Positions 9,617 through 21,840 of a stretch of DNA of 36,019 nt are shown piece by piece; the stretch's first letter is position 1, and each line of letters starts with the position of its first letter. The translations under genes and the position numbers were made by a program. Origin of the DNA: Coniocarpon cinnabarinum (Eukaryota); NCBI GenBank assembly GCA_051942205.1, contig JAVECO010000084.1, positions 62,001-98,019 on the forward strand, written 5' to 3'. The notes below the pieces were generated by a model. The model was not told the DNA's origin. It ran no database searches and was given only the letters and a program-made list of their open reading frames with translations.

Positions 9617-9884
9617 TCACATGACCGAGCATGGCCAGCGTCTAAGTCTGCGCAACATGCATATTAGAGGGGTTTGACTTGGGACAGTTGGCGAAAGGTA
9701 CTGACATTTTCTTGCAATCCTTGCAGAGCCAGTCATTCTTGTATTTCGGAATCATCCCCGGCTTTGGACACGGTTGACCATTAAGACTGTTCTTCGCGCG
9801 GTCGCAAAGCTCACCTTTTTTTTGCGTCTCTTCTGTCTTCCCGCATCGCCAGCATTTCTTGACAGTGTAGCGAGCTATGCACAT
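9617..9884 (-). CDS. Cys-rich MC-type microprotein, copy K (intron 9705-9648 likely; unspliced stop at 9642)
   Basis: MCIARYTVKKCWRC-x12-C-DRAKNSLNGQP-C-x14-CKDCKK. A GTCAGT...CTAAT...GCAG tail intron lies in phase 2. Confidence 0.72.
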
Positions 9885-11738
9885 GATCGATGAAATTTGA
9901 CGGTGGCCTTGTTGGGGATTCTTAGTACGGTTTGAGTTGTCTGTGCGGAGAAGAAAGGAGGACAAAGTCGGAGCCAAAAGATGCTTATGTATTTTTGAAG
10001 CTGGCTCTGCCAGCGCATACAAGTGGGAAGAGTGTCGTCAGAACAGGCAGTGTTTGGAGAAAGCGGCCAAGGCAGGTAGTGGCCATTGACCTCCCGCGTG
10101 CTGCCTTTTGTTGACGTTCAGGGGCAGGTAGTACTCGCTTGCATAGCCTTGCTTGCGCAAGTGAATGCGCGTGCCTTGCCTGCACCTTTGCCCAAGTAAG
10201 CCGTGCTTTTACGCGATTATCAAGGTATCAGAGCGCGTCTTTGTCGATGCAAATACCGTGGAGGAAGGGCTTTGAAAAAGGAGACGACATCCGCCTCAAG
10301 CCTAGCATTTGATGATATGATCATTGATTCCTTTGTGGACTTCTTGGAAAAAAAATACTTGAGAGCGGATTTTCCTGTCACATTTCCTTTCCCCTCAAAA
10401 ATGAAAGTGTCTGGTACGACATAAATATTTCCTTATCCGCCATGCCTTTCATGGGGCCCCTGAGAGCACTACATTTGCAGCGAGCTGAATTTGTGCTTGA
10501 TCGTGAGTTTCACCCTAATCAAGACGCACAGCAAGATCGTAGTCTCAAGCGAAATCATAGTTTTGGAAAGAAGCTGGCACGTGGGACTTTCATTGACTCA
10601 TCAACGGTCTTGCGGGCCGGCTTGTGGCTGTTCTTGTGCATTCATCGGAAATATTGAGTAAACATCGCAATCGACACTAATGATATTTGAAGCATTCGAT
10701 TCGCCCGATATGCCAACTCGGCTTCATCGAATAGAAGTCGTAAATCAATATCTTGATAATGTCGTCTTGGAGTGGGTACTGATGTGTGTCGATTCCGAGG
10801 CTCTGAAAATGATATGAAGGGAAAATTAAAACTGGGCACACGTCGACGAAGATCCACAGAGACGAATAGCACGGGGTTGCCTTGTAGCAAGCAACTTCGT
10901 TGCTGAAATTTAATAGCTAAGTGAGGCCTCGCTGAGGAAGGAAATTTGATCATGTCTCTGAAGCCTATGCATTTGCTTTTCAGAATTCTCAATTTGCATG
11001 GGTAACATAGCAAGACGTGTATTTGCCATGGTGTCGTTTCCATTGAACGTTGTTTGCAGCGGTTTTCCCATTAAGCTCCCGAGGCAAACAGAGCCAATTG
11101 CCTAGGCAGCATCAACCGTGGCAGCACTTGTGCAACCGCCAAGTCCAACCTGCACGTATTGTTTTCACATGACGTATGTTACTCACAACTTCGCGGAAGG
11201 AAGGATAGCGTGGAATGAACTTTGCAAAAGCGTCAAGTAAGCTTGAATGAATCGTTGAGAATGGACAATCGCTTTTGCGGATGTCTTCAAGGCTGCGGCT
11301 CGCTCTTCAAAAGTACGATGATACCCCGTAGATATTGTTTAAGAGTCGTGTCGTTCTGATAGACAAGACTCATATCAGCATTAGAAAAAGTGCGCAAGTC
11401 TCGCACCAATCTCGCTTTTGAGCATCGAACTGCTTGAAACATGTCCTGGAGTTTGCTGACAATTCGAGCGGTGAGATCGGGAAAGGCATGATGATGCTTC
11501 TGCCTTGCCTATTCAAACAACGGACGGGTTTGCCGCATCGTCGCGTCCAGCCAAGGCGTTTAGAGGGTGCCCGGCTCCTTTGATCGTGCAAAGGTCAAGG
11601 TAAACCAGGACTTCGTCTGCCGATTGCATGCTCTCTGATGTGGATCTCATTGCACCTGAGAAAAGTCGCAACGCAAACCCCGCGGACGATTCAGAATGTC
11701 ACAACTACTCATCGAATGGTTTTCGTTAACCAAATCTC

Positions 11739-12305
11739 TCACTCGGCAGTTTTTTCGTCTTGGTCCACTTCGAGATCCTCATCGGCTTTCGTACTGGCTT
11801 CTTGCTTCGCGATACTCATGCGGAGTTGACGTTCTCGTTGCTGCGCCTGCAAGGTCAGTCGCTCCACGGAGTAGCTGAGCCTTTCCTTCTTTTGCCGCAA
11901 CCGAGCTGCTTTCGCCTCATTGCCCGGCTTTGGGTCTTTCACACTCTTCTTCCGGTTCGGTTTCGCCACGCTCGTCTCAGGTCCAGAGTCTCTTCCGAGT
12001 CGACCTTCCCCCAAGGCCCATCTGGCACGCAACCATTCCTCACGACCTTCTCGACGCTCTATGACGCGCTCAACGCGCTCCAACAAGCGTTCAACTTCGG
12101 GCACGAGCTCAGATAGGACATCTTCTTGGGCGGACGCAAGTGCAGATGAAGGTGTGAGCTCAAAATGACGCGTTTGTTGAAGAACTTGAGACAGGCGGGG
12201 GAGGTCGCGTGTGCCCGCGTCCAAAATTGACAGCGAAGAAGAGAGCAGCTCTGTCGAGGTGCGAAGTGATGCCAATGCTGGCGCCAGTGGGCTCGGCACG
12301 GCCAT
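11739..12305 (-). CDS. SPC19: DASH/Dam1 kinetochore complex subunit Spc19
   Basis: The motifs LSSSLSILDAGTRDLPRLSQVLQQTRHFEL and RLRQKKERLSYSVERLTLQAQQRERQLRMS are typical of Pezizomycotina Spc19. Confidence 0.88.
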   Translation of the reverse strand: MAVPSPLAPALASLRTSTELLSSSLSILDAGTRDLPRLSQVLQQTRHFELTPSSALASAQEDVLSELVPEVERLLERVERVIERREGREEWLRARWALGEGRLGRDSGPETSVAKPNRKKSVKDPKPGNEAKAARLRQKKERLSYSVERLTLQAQQRERQLRMSIAKQEASTKADEDLEVDQDEKTAE

Positions 12306-12719
12306 GCTGGAGTCTAGAGTTTACCTGAACAACGGTGCTCTCTGCAACTCAGTGGCTGAATATTCTGCGCAGTGCCGTTTCACAATAGCAAGGCATCACA
12401 ACGCCCGCCAAGCAGATAAGCATGAGATCTGACTGCTAGATCTTGAAATCGACAACATGAGCAATTACGTTCGAAGTTTGCGCTTGTCAAAGCCACTGTA
12501 AGACTTGAGAGACCTTGCAGAGCAGCAAGAGCTTGTGTACTCTGACACGCGTGCGGCTTACCGTTTGAGGTATCATGTGATGTCTTGCGAACGAGCTCCA
12601 AACCTCACTTGTTAACGAAGATACTATGAAGCTAAATCCATTTACGCCTCTTCCGAACGAAAGACAGCGTCCGCTCTCTCGATTGTCTCCTAAATCACCC
12701 TATCGTCGCCTCAAGCAAC

Positions 12720-13212
12720 ATGCCTGCCTCACAAGGACTGCTCGGCCGAAGATGGCCAGTCCCTATAGGTATGCACCTCTCACTCGTTGGAGCGCAGCTG
12801 CGAACAGAGAGCTTCGTAGAATCTCTTTGAACTTCTGGAGGCTATTTCGTGCTCTTGAGCACTTTGAAACCATCGACTGACTTGCATCCAACTAGTGCGT
12901 CCGCTTTACCCGTTCTTCATCGCTGGTATGTTTGTCCCTAAGACTGCTGGAGGACCACCTATTACCGGTTCTCGAAACGTTGTTCAGCAACCGAAACCCC
13001 ATTGCAAATACACTCGACAAAGTAAGCTCGTTGCTGACGCCGTCTGTTCTTGTAGGCGGCATAGTGTATTTTGCAGTCTGGAAAATGCAAGGTGCCATGA
13101 TGGACTGTAGGTGTCTCGAAATTGCCCGCAGGTCGCATGACACTGACGCCTACCAGCCGAGGAATTCCGCAATGACCCGAGGAATCCGAACGCAGGCAAG
13201 AAGCAGCATTAG
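12720..13212 (+). CDS. ATP18: Mitochondrial ATP synthase subunit j/i (61 aa; exons 12720-12768, 12896-12925, 13056-13106, 13157-13212)
   Basis: Three GT-AG introns with CTGAC branch sites give MPASQGLLGRRWPVPIVRPLYPFFIAGGIVYFAVWKMQGAMMDSEEFRNDPRNPNAGKKQH. The Atp18 hallmarks PFFxAG and EFxNDPRNP are present. Confidence 0.93.
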
Positions 13213-13398
13213 AGCGGATCGACAACTGCCAAGACCAGATGTCTTGCATCTCTGAGCGGCTGGTTGGGAGACATACACGAAACATGTACAAAAAATCATA
13301 GATATCAAGGAAGCGCATTTGTCAAGAGCTCGCTCAGAGCTGTCAAAAGAAGCCCCTTTCTGTCTGGTCAAATAGATCCGCAGACATGGATACGTTCT

Positions 13399-14517
13399 TC
13401 ACACTATATCCGATTCTATAAATGGCTGCAGTCCCATACAGCCCAACCAGAGAGCTTCATCCGTTCTTATTGTCCTACTCCCTTGGTGCGGTACAAAGTT
13501 GATGTATGCATCAAATAGCTCCTTGGGGTCATTCACCGTCTGGTTGAGCTCTGCATCGTTTTGCAACGCAACTTCTAGACCTGCAACACCTCCGAAGATC
13601 ACAAGCAAGTGATGCCACTGACTTCGGTTGCCATGCTGCTGGCCTTCTAAAAAGCTCTGAATCGACTCTCCTCTCTCCGACGTGCCAATGCAGAAGTCAT
13701 AGCCTCCTTCAAAGCCGCACTCGGTCAACACCGCCGAGAGAGATGCTGCTGTGCGTACAACATAACCCCAGTAGTATCCAGCCTCTTCCCTCGGTGCTGC
13801 TGGATGCACGGCTGCAGCTTCAATTTCTGGAGCCTGCATGTCCAATTCGTCTTCTCCAAAGTCCACGGTCACGCGAGTGTTTTCCGGAATCACATCCGGC
13901 ACTGTCACTGCTTTTCCGAGGCCGACATCCACATTTGACCGCTGCGTCCCATCCTTCGTCTGCTTCTTGGTCTTCTTTCCACTCATGTCGCCATTCATCT
14001 CCCTCTGTCCACCCACAACTACCCCCTCTCGCCATCTACACCATTCCTCCGCTCTCAAATGATGCGGCATGTCTAAACTTGGCATGCTTCCTGCACTTCG
14101 CAGATTCGGGTGGTGTGGGAATAGTCGTCTCCTAAGATGGGGCGGCGTCTCCAGATAGCTTAGTACGTGAGCGAGGAAATGATCTGGATCACTGTATGCA
14201 GTGTATCCGCTCTCAGCATCAGCCTCCGCATAAGTGCTTGGATTCCCATTTCGAGCTGAGTGTGATGAGGATGTACCGTCATTGAACACGACTACTTCAT
14301 CGACGCAGAACACAGCAAGGGCTCTTGCGATTGACGCCGCCAAGGTGGTTTTGAGCTCATGAGTCTGTGCATTGGCTATAATACTGCCAGGTACGGCCAC
14401 GGTGGTAGTGTGATTGCGACCTCCTCGGGGTTTGAACACTGCTGTCGGCTTTCTTGTGTCTGTCTTTTGGCGTTTCGAGGGCGGTGCATACTCGGTAGGA
14501 CCTGTGCGCTTCTGCAT
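13399..14517 (-). CDS. SPOUT-class RNA methyltransferase (DUF171 / SPOUT1-C9orf114 family)
   Basis: The motifs VAVPGSII, IARALAVFCVDEVVVF, YLETPPHLRR, GYYWGYVVR, IGTSERG and QGSRTIRTDEA are present. Confidence 0.92.
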   Translation of the reverse strand: MQKRTGPTEYAPPSKRQKTDTRKPTAVFKPRGGRNHTTTVAVPGSIIANAQTHELKTTLAASIARALAVFCVDEVVVFNDGTSSSHSARNGNPSTYAEADAESGYTAYSDPDHFLAHVLSYLETPPHLRRRLFPHHPNLRSAGSMPSLDMPHHLRAEEWCRWREGVVVGGQREMNGDMSGKKTKKQTKDGTQRSNVDVGLGKAVTVPDVIPENTRVTVDFGEDELDMQAPEIEAAAVHPAAPREEAGYYWGYVVRTAASLSAVLTECGFEGGYDFCIGTSERGESIQSFLEGQQHGNRSQWHHLLVIFGGVAGLEVALQNDAELNQTVNDPKELFDAYINFVPHQGSRTIRTDEALWLGCMGLQPFIESDIV

Positions 14518-14778
14518 CCCCGCGTGAGCTGTGAAACATCATCTTGTGCTCTGATGGCTTTGACTGACGTTTGAACGATCTCTGGCCATCTGTCAAGCCA
14601 GGCCAGCAGAAACTAAGTGGGAAGCTGTCAAGTAGGGATTTGATACGCGCACTTGAGTTTACCTAATATGGTATTCAGATGCATACGGATCTTATCGATT
14701 ACCAGGTAGATCTCGAAGGGTTAGAAGTTTCTCAATCTCCGACACTCCCTTGTTCTGCAATTGAAATAGTACTTGAAA

Positions 14779-16041
14779 ATGACAGAGCCAGTCCGACTCC
14801 TTAGACCTTTACCCCGTCTTCTATCTTCCCGGCCCGCAGGATATGCATCTCAAGCTCGGCGGTCATTTGCCACCGCAGTGTCAGAAAGTCAACCGAAGAA
14901 GCGCTCAACTTCTTCCCGTCCTACAACAGTCTTTACAGACAAGCTCAATGCCGGCCCTTCATTAGCCGACTTCGTCGGTCCACAACAAGAAGAACCGCTT
15001 TCCCAGTCCGAAGCCTTGGAACTCCGCACCGCGTCTGTAGGCCCTCCAGGCAAAAAGAAGGAGATCACGCGATTGCCGGAATGGCTCAAGCAACCTATAC
15101 CAGTCGGCGACAACTTCAAAAAGATCAAGCAAGACCTTCGAGGCCTCAATTTGCACACAGTCTGCGAGGAAGCAAGATGTCCGAACATCTCGGATTGCTG
15201 GGGTGGCAGCGACAAGAGCGCGGCAACGGCGACGATCATGCTTATGGGCGACACGTGCACACGAGGATGCCGATTTTGTTCGGTAAAGACTAGCAAAGTA
15301 CCGCCGCCTCTGGATCCACATGAGCCCGAGCACACAGCAGAAGCGTTGTCACGATGGGGACTGGGATATGTCGTCCTGACAAGTGTAGACCGAGATGATT
15401 TGCTTGATGGCGGGGCATATCATTTCGCGACCACGATATCGAAGATCAAAGCAAAGGCACCAGACATGCTTGTTGAGGCCTTGACCGGAGACTATGCGGG
15501 CGATACTGCCTGCGTCAGCAAAGTTGCTCTCAGCGGCCTTGATGTGTACGCACACAACGTTGAGACCGTGGAGGCACTGACCCCACAAGTGCGCGACCGA
15601 CGAGCTACCTTCAACCAATCGCTATCTGTTTTGAAAGCTGCCAAAGAAGCGAATCCAGATCTCATCACCAAGACGAGCATGATGCTTGGGCTCGGAGAAA
15701 CGGAGGATCAGATGTGGCAAGCCCTCAGACGACTTCGCGAAGAAGCCAATGTCGACGTTATAACGTTCGGCCAGTACATGCGGCCAACGAAGCGACATAT
15801 GAAGGTGAAGGAGTATGTGACGCCAGCTGTCTTCTCGATGTGGCAACAACGAGCTCTTGACATGGGCTTCTTGTACTGTGCCAGTGGTCCTCTGGTCCGC
15901 AGCAGCTACAAAGCAGGGGAAGCTTTCATTGAGAACGTTTTAAAGAAGCGAAGAGCAGGCATCAACGTGGGTAGTGGTGGTAAACTGAATGCGCGAGCGG
16001 TATCGGGCGAGACCAAACCTACTCAAGGAGCTACGGCGTGA
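14779..16041 (+). CDS. LIP5: Mitochondrial lipoyl synthase (radical SAM)
   Basis: It has [21 protein letters not shown] and GPLVRSSY motifs and an Arg/Ser-rich presequence. The first ATG is at 14779. Confidence 0.97.
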   Translation: MTEPVRLLRPLPRLLSSRPAGYASQARRSFATAVSESQPKKRSTSSRPTTVFTDKLNAGPSLADFVGPQQEEPLSQSEALELRTASVGPPGKKKEITRLPEWLKQPIPVGDNFKKIKQDLRGLNLHTVCEEARCPNISDCWGGSDKSAATATIMLMGDTCTRGCRFCSVKTSKVPPPLDPHEPEHTAEALSRWGLGYVVLTSVDRDDLLDGGAYHFATTISKIKAKAPDMLVEALTGDYAGDTACVSKVALSGLDVYAHNVETVEALTPQVRDRRATFNQSLSVLKAAKEANPDLITKTSMMLGLGETEDQMWQALRRLREEANVDVITFGQYMRPTKRHMKVKEYVTPAVFSMWQQRALDMGFLYCASGPLVRSSYKAGEAFIENVLKKRRAGINVGSGGKLNARAVSGETKPTQGATA

Positions 16042-17731
16042 AATTTTCGCTTGTCAGACGACTCTACGATCTCACGAAGCCGAATTACCAGAGCGTGAGG
16101 ATCTCGAAATCATTCGTGGGCCTTGAAACGTGCTGCTGAAAGATTAGAGATTTCAACATCTGACCTTCAAGCGTACCAACAGGGCCAGCACACAGCACTC
16201 CATGCGCAGGGATTCCTGCCCGCCTAGTACCCGGCTTGCTCAACCATCATATATACACATGGAGTGGTCCGTCTTGGATAGTGCTATTATCAGAAAAGCG
16301 GTCAGGCGTCCGTAAACAGGCCGCACCTATATAGTTCTTGACACCTAAATTTCAACGTCCACGTGGACGCCGCAAGTCATGCACATCAATATACTTGAAT
16401 AATTTTAACATTGGATTACCATTAAGTATGAAAGCATCGTTACAATATAACCGATCGTCATAATCGGCGTGTGCGGAAAGAATCGACCGCTGCGAGAAGC
16501 AGCACTTCGCCAAAGACGTACAAGCTACGGTACCTGCTATCGATGTTACCACTGAGGAGCCAGATCGTCCCGCATATTACCACTATGCCCATCCTAATGC
16601 TGCAAAGCTTGCGTATGAGGTTAAATCGTGTGACCGCTCATACGATGTCAAAGTATAAGAAGTCCCTTTCGCACCATGAATAGGTGTTCAATACCAACCT
16701 GGAGCCTATACACGTAGAAGTATCCTCAAGGGCCCGAGACTTGAGCCTTATTCGACTTGCTGCTTTCGGGGGTTTGTTGATTAGTTCCAAGATTGCAAAG
16801 TAGATTAGAGTCTCGTGCTTCAGTCAATATGACACCTGTGAGCCTATTCGAGCTATTATGGCTGATGTTTTCGTCTTCCTTTAGCGAATTCGGTCGATAT
16901 AATGTTTTCAACGTGCTTTCAGCAAAACTAGAAGCTAATCTATCATTCAGTCTGACGCTTGCCGTGTTCCGCATAGAAGTAGAAGTACATATTGAGAAAC
17001 GTACACAAGACGAAACCGTGGCAAGGGTCTCAGACAAAACTCGTTGCTAGATCTAAGCCTAGACGTCGAGCTTGTACAATAACGAATATTCGTGTCAAAA
17101 AGCTCTCGACACGACGGCGGACCCCACCGTGCCTAACAAGTTGTTAGATTAAAATGAGGCAACTGCTTTTCCACTTGGCCCTTGCAGTGCATACATGACA
17201 GCCTAGGTAAATGATAGTCCCACGAACATCATTCAAGAGTGCTGTCAGGCCCGCTTGTTTATAGGTACCTACCTAGAAATCCGCATGGTTAGCGGCAGAG
17301 GTCACGGACAAAACTCGTTAGCTAAATATCGACCTAGGCGACGAGTATACGATAAGAACAATTGAGATCACAAACCGGCGAGTACAACGGCGATAGCCCT
17401 TTAAAGACATAAGACGCTGAATTAAAGTGCGGCAAACACTGTCCTACGAGGCCCTTGGGGCAGTATAATGAAGCTGGGATTGACTTGTTGTCTTGTCAAG
17501 GCAAGGGAAAAAGAGTCTTGTTAGCCTGAAATGTTTCCTATATCTTCTTATGCATCCAAGAGATCGATCCAATGCTCGTCACCCAGTGAACTTCATACCT
17601 CATGTGATCCAAAATCGAACGCCCATGAACTCCATGCTCGCAATCAAAATAGCTCAAACTCTTGCTTTCGTCGATCTTCAAAACCCGTAAATTTGCCAAT
17701 ACTCATATGAGATAGCGTACAAAACATGCAA

Positions 17732-20700
17732 TCATGACACCTTTCGTGTATCAAAAAATCTCAAACCAAGTGGGGTGTCATTATCGCCCTCTTTATTACT
17801 CGCGTCAGGCAGCAGGTCCCATCGCTTGACTTCAAAAGGTTGTAAAATATGCGGCGGCGCAGTCGGATCGTCGGAGGTGAGGTTGAACGCAGCCAATGTT
17901 GATATGGCAGAAGAATCTTTCTGTGCAGTGTTGGTGGCGGCGGTGGTGCGCAGATAGATATGGGCGTATGGACTGTCACGTATGTCAAGAAAAAATCTTA
18001 CAACTTCGTTATCGCGAGTAGAAGCAGAAAGCCTAGCCGCAACGGAGTCGATGACATCCTGTGACGTTTGATCAATGAAGTGCGCGGCTGTTGCAAATAC
18101 TAAGTCACAGATATGCTCGGAGCTGGCCACCAGAGGGTTGCTTAACAATTCGCACAGAACGAGGAGTAATTGTTGCAGGTCAGCATCTGTCTCAAAGTTG
18201 GATCCATGGAGTATGCACAGAGAAAGTATCGCTTTTAGCGGAGTTGTTCTCATCTTGGGTCCCAGGGCACGTAGAGTGCGCAGACATTTCATAGTTCTGA
18301 ACGCTATAGCGCTTGTCGTCTTGCAGAGCGGCGTCCGCGTGCTGGCTTCTTTCACAATGTCGAGAAGGCGCTCACACTCTGCATCGGCTTTCGGTTCTTC
18401 AGCCTCTGCTGCCGAATCCTCTATCAGTGCTAGGATCGAGTCCTCGGTCTGTTCTCGAATGTCGCAGACGACGGCAAGACGTTCCGGGAAGCGCGAAGTT
18501 ATGTGCGCCCAGTGCTTGTTGCCTCTGCTTAGGCTTTGCTCAAGCTTTTGTTTGAGCTTTGCATGAAGCGCTGGTATTGCTTCTGGTTTGTCATGCAGCG
18601 CGAGATGCGTCAATATGCCCAGTGCGATGCTGACGACTCCAGAACTTAAAGCGTCTGTGTTCATCAAGGCTTTGTCAATCGTGTCGCAAAGGGCTTGACG
18701 ATCGACTTCGGGGACGCCCACAGCGTCGACCCAAGTTGCTTTGTCATCACTATCATCACACACAGGCCTCAGCAAGTTGTGTGCAACCTGCGTTAAAGCA
18801 CGTGGACAGGCATGGAAGGGGACGCGTTTGCTCAAGTCCAGGAAGAGAGAAGCAACAGAGTCCTCGTCAAGAACAATTGCGCCCACTACCACGGCTCTCA
18901 TGGCTTCACCTTGGCAGATCTGGTCCAGACGATGACGGAAGGCTTCGCTCGCGCCTTTTGTGTGTTGCAAGACCCAACAGAGTAGCTTCAAGAGGAGTGG
19001 CGCGTGTCGAATAGCAGTCCAATTCGCGATGCAGTTTGCAAGGTAATCCGTAGCTGCTATCAGTGTGACAGGAGAAACGCGACGATCTGTGTTCTTCAAG
19101 AACAACTCAACATGATCAGGCATCGGCATCGGCGGATGATCGTGTTCTGTGAGTTTGCTACATAGATCCTCGTTGGTTTGAGTACCGCCATCATTGCCTG
19201 TCATAACATCTGACGCTGGCGTGGCAGCCGCAACGCCTTGTGCATGTTCGCTGGCGCGGGTCTCAAAGGCGATGTACCGCTCTTGCCAAGGTTCCTTTAT
19301 TCTGAGCCTGCAAAACGCTCGCAACACTTCCCGACTGGGACCACGTACAAGCCTGAGCGCACGGTACCGTCCGATCAGAAGATCCCGTATGTCTCTCCAG
19401 AGTCCGTGAATGGCCAACGCTGTTTCATAAGCTCCGACGAAGTCTGTGAAAATAGTAAGGACATCTTCTGATGCTGTTCGAATGATAGGTGCAAGGACGT
19501 CAAAATATTTCAAAGGGCCAACTGAGCGATCCAGCAGATTGCAGAGAGATGCAGCTTCATCTAACGAGCTTAATTTTACCACTTGATCGGTAGCATTCCA
19601 TAACGTAGAGGCGTTCATTAAAGTTTCTATGTCCAGGGTCCCATTCAAGCCGGTTTGGCAACTGTTGAAGTATGGGCCTTTGTATGATACATCTGATTGT
19701 ATCTTAGCCCAGATTGTAGGGAGGGTGTCCCGAAGGTCCTGCTGATTTTCAAGGCAAGGCGAACGATCTGTTGCAATATTTGGCGGGGTTTGCAGGAGAT
19801 GGAACCGGATATCATGCGCCTGCTTGGAGAGCAGATTAGAGGGCACTGTCCTTAGAAAGGTGAGGTGGCAATCGACATCAGTCTGTTCATACAACTCTCC
19901 TGACGCAATTAGCTGATGTAGATATGCCTTGAGGTCCAGTAGGCCAGACTCTGCAAGTGCGATGCCCAAGGCAGCAAATTTGTTTGGTGAGGTCTTCGGA
20001 TCTTTTGCCACCATGCACAAGTTTGCAAGAAGATTAGAATCTTCATCGCGGAAGGATGCGAGTAAACTTTGAATGAGTCCGGCTGCTACGCAGGCAGCAC
20101 CTTTACGAACCCTGTAACAAGTGGTAGCCCACCGCACGATCAGTTCAAGTATAGAGATATCATCTTGCCTGGCAATGGCGCGCCGCAGCGGATCGAAGTC
20201 CTCAACCCCAGTGTAAGCATCGAGAACATGATAGATTTGAGCCTCGCCTGGAGACGACAGCAAAGCGTTACCCAGGCCATTCGGCGACATAGTGTGTGCC
20301 CCAATGTCACTCAGAAAACTGTAAGATCGACCCCTATGCGAGCTTGAGTGCATGTACTCAGTGTCAGACAAGGACTTGGAACCTATTTTGATGTTTCTGG
20401 TGAACAGTGTTGGTGTCAGTTGTATGGTTCGGTTCAAGAGGTATCGTACTGCTCCAATGAGGCACCTGCTCGAGATCGAGCAAGGCAAATCCTGAATTCG
20501 AGGGAGCCTGTTCTTCAGTAATGTAATGATAATATTCGCATGTCGATAGCTCGCTACAATGTCGAGATGCCATGCTTGTGCCAAAGAAAGCCAAGAAGGT
20601 AAGACGTCTAGCTCTGAGGCTTGCAAGTTATCCAAAATGGCGTCCAGGAACTGATGGCGGTGAATCATATCTTCAGCAAACAAGCACATGACAATATGGG

Positions 20701-21840
20701 AAGCATGGAGAAGATTATCTTTTCTTGCTTGGTGGACTGCATCTCGAATGAAGTCCAGAATATTTGATGTCCATTCCTGGACCCACTTGAGCTCATTTTC
20801 AGCCATCACTTGATTGCTGACACCTTTCCGCTTAAACGCGCGCAGCTCGTTCGCACCTACGCATTTCGCAAGCCACAGGGCTCGAGAGATAGGCACACGA
20901 TGGATGCTGCACTGCTCAAGCAGAACTTTGCCACGAACACCATGTGGAATGCTCCTGCTCAAGCGACGCAAAGGAATGGTGTCGTTTGCCAAGTCTGCAA
21001 ACCATGCGGTCTTGCGAGCGTCCGTCAAAGTGACTCTGGGAGGTGGCTTGAACGCGGACAAATTTGTTACGGCACAAGACCTCTGACGCTCACGAAAGGA
21101 AAGAAGAATAAGTTGGGAGAGGTTTAGGAGCCCGTCGCCATTCTTCATGTGAGGCATCAGAGTTGGCTTAGCGGTACCCAAAGTATTGGATACCTTGGGT
21201 TTTGACACATAGCCATTCTTGATAGTTTCATCTGTGAGCTGATCTTCAGAGTCTTTCCCTGTCCAGGGCTTGACACTGACTAGCAAAATGATTAGCGAGG
21301 GATGATAATAGCCCTGATATGCTTACCTTCTGAAAGACTCAGGCTTGCCAAATCCGATCCTCGAAGCGCATCGCTGGAGGCCAAAGTACTCGAAGACGGA
21401 ATCGATCGGCTTTGCTGCGGCCAAGGCGTGCCAGTGTTGCCTATTCGTCTTGGTAACGGTAGACATGCCGCGGAGAGCGTTCGTGTACCAAATTTCAATT
21501 TCCCTCGTGATTGAGCCGCAGTCTTTGGTATGTCATTTTCTCGTTCAGTGTTGGTCGAGTCAATGAAATGTGGTGAATGGTCTGCAGGGATAGGAGTGGA
21601 CGGGCTCGTCTGGACGTCCACCTTTGCACGTTTTGCGCTCTGCGACGTTTGACCCTCGGTCGGTGAAATTGGTCCTTCTCCATAGCTCCTACTCCGGTTC
21701 CGAGAGTGCGGTGGTTGAATGTCAAGCACCGCGGCTTTCGCCGGGTCCGGTGGTATCCTAACATGTTGAGCACTCTCGCTCTCGGCAAAGTGGGAATTGT
21801 TCTTTCTAAAAGGCTCAGCTGCCAAAGGACGAGCGCTCAT
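17732..21840 (-). CDS. SRB8: Mediator kinase-module subunit Med12 (exons 21840-21327, 21279-17732)
   Basis: The Med12 domain reads FKPPPRVTLTD..WFADLAN..PLRRLSRSIPHG..VPISRALWLAKCVGANE. A 47-nt intron at 21326-21280 (GTAAGC...GCTAAT...CTAG) joins the two ORFs in frame. Confidence 0.92.

Noticed and set aside
11370..11591. Minus-strand ORF with KPVRC and WCETC
   Set aside because: It has suggestive motifs but no ATG-Cys start and the wrong spacing. It remains only an HMM test candidate.
12988..13055. Possible cassette exon inside ATP18 intron 2 (internal CAG and GTAAGC)
   Set aside because: The 34-nt exon would frameshift, and the residual 34-nt intron is implausibly short.
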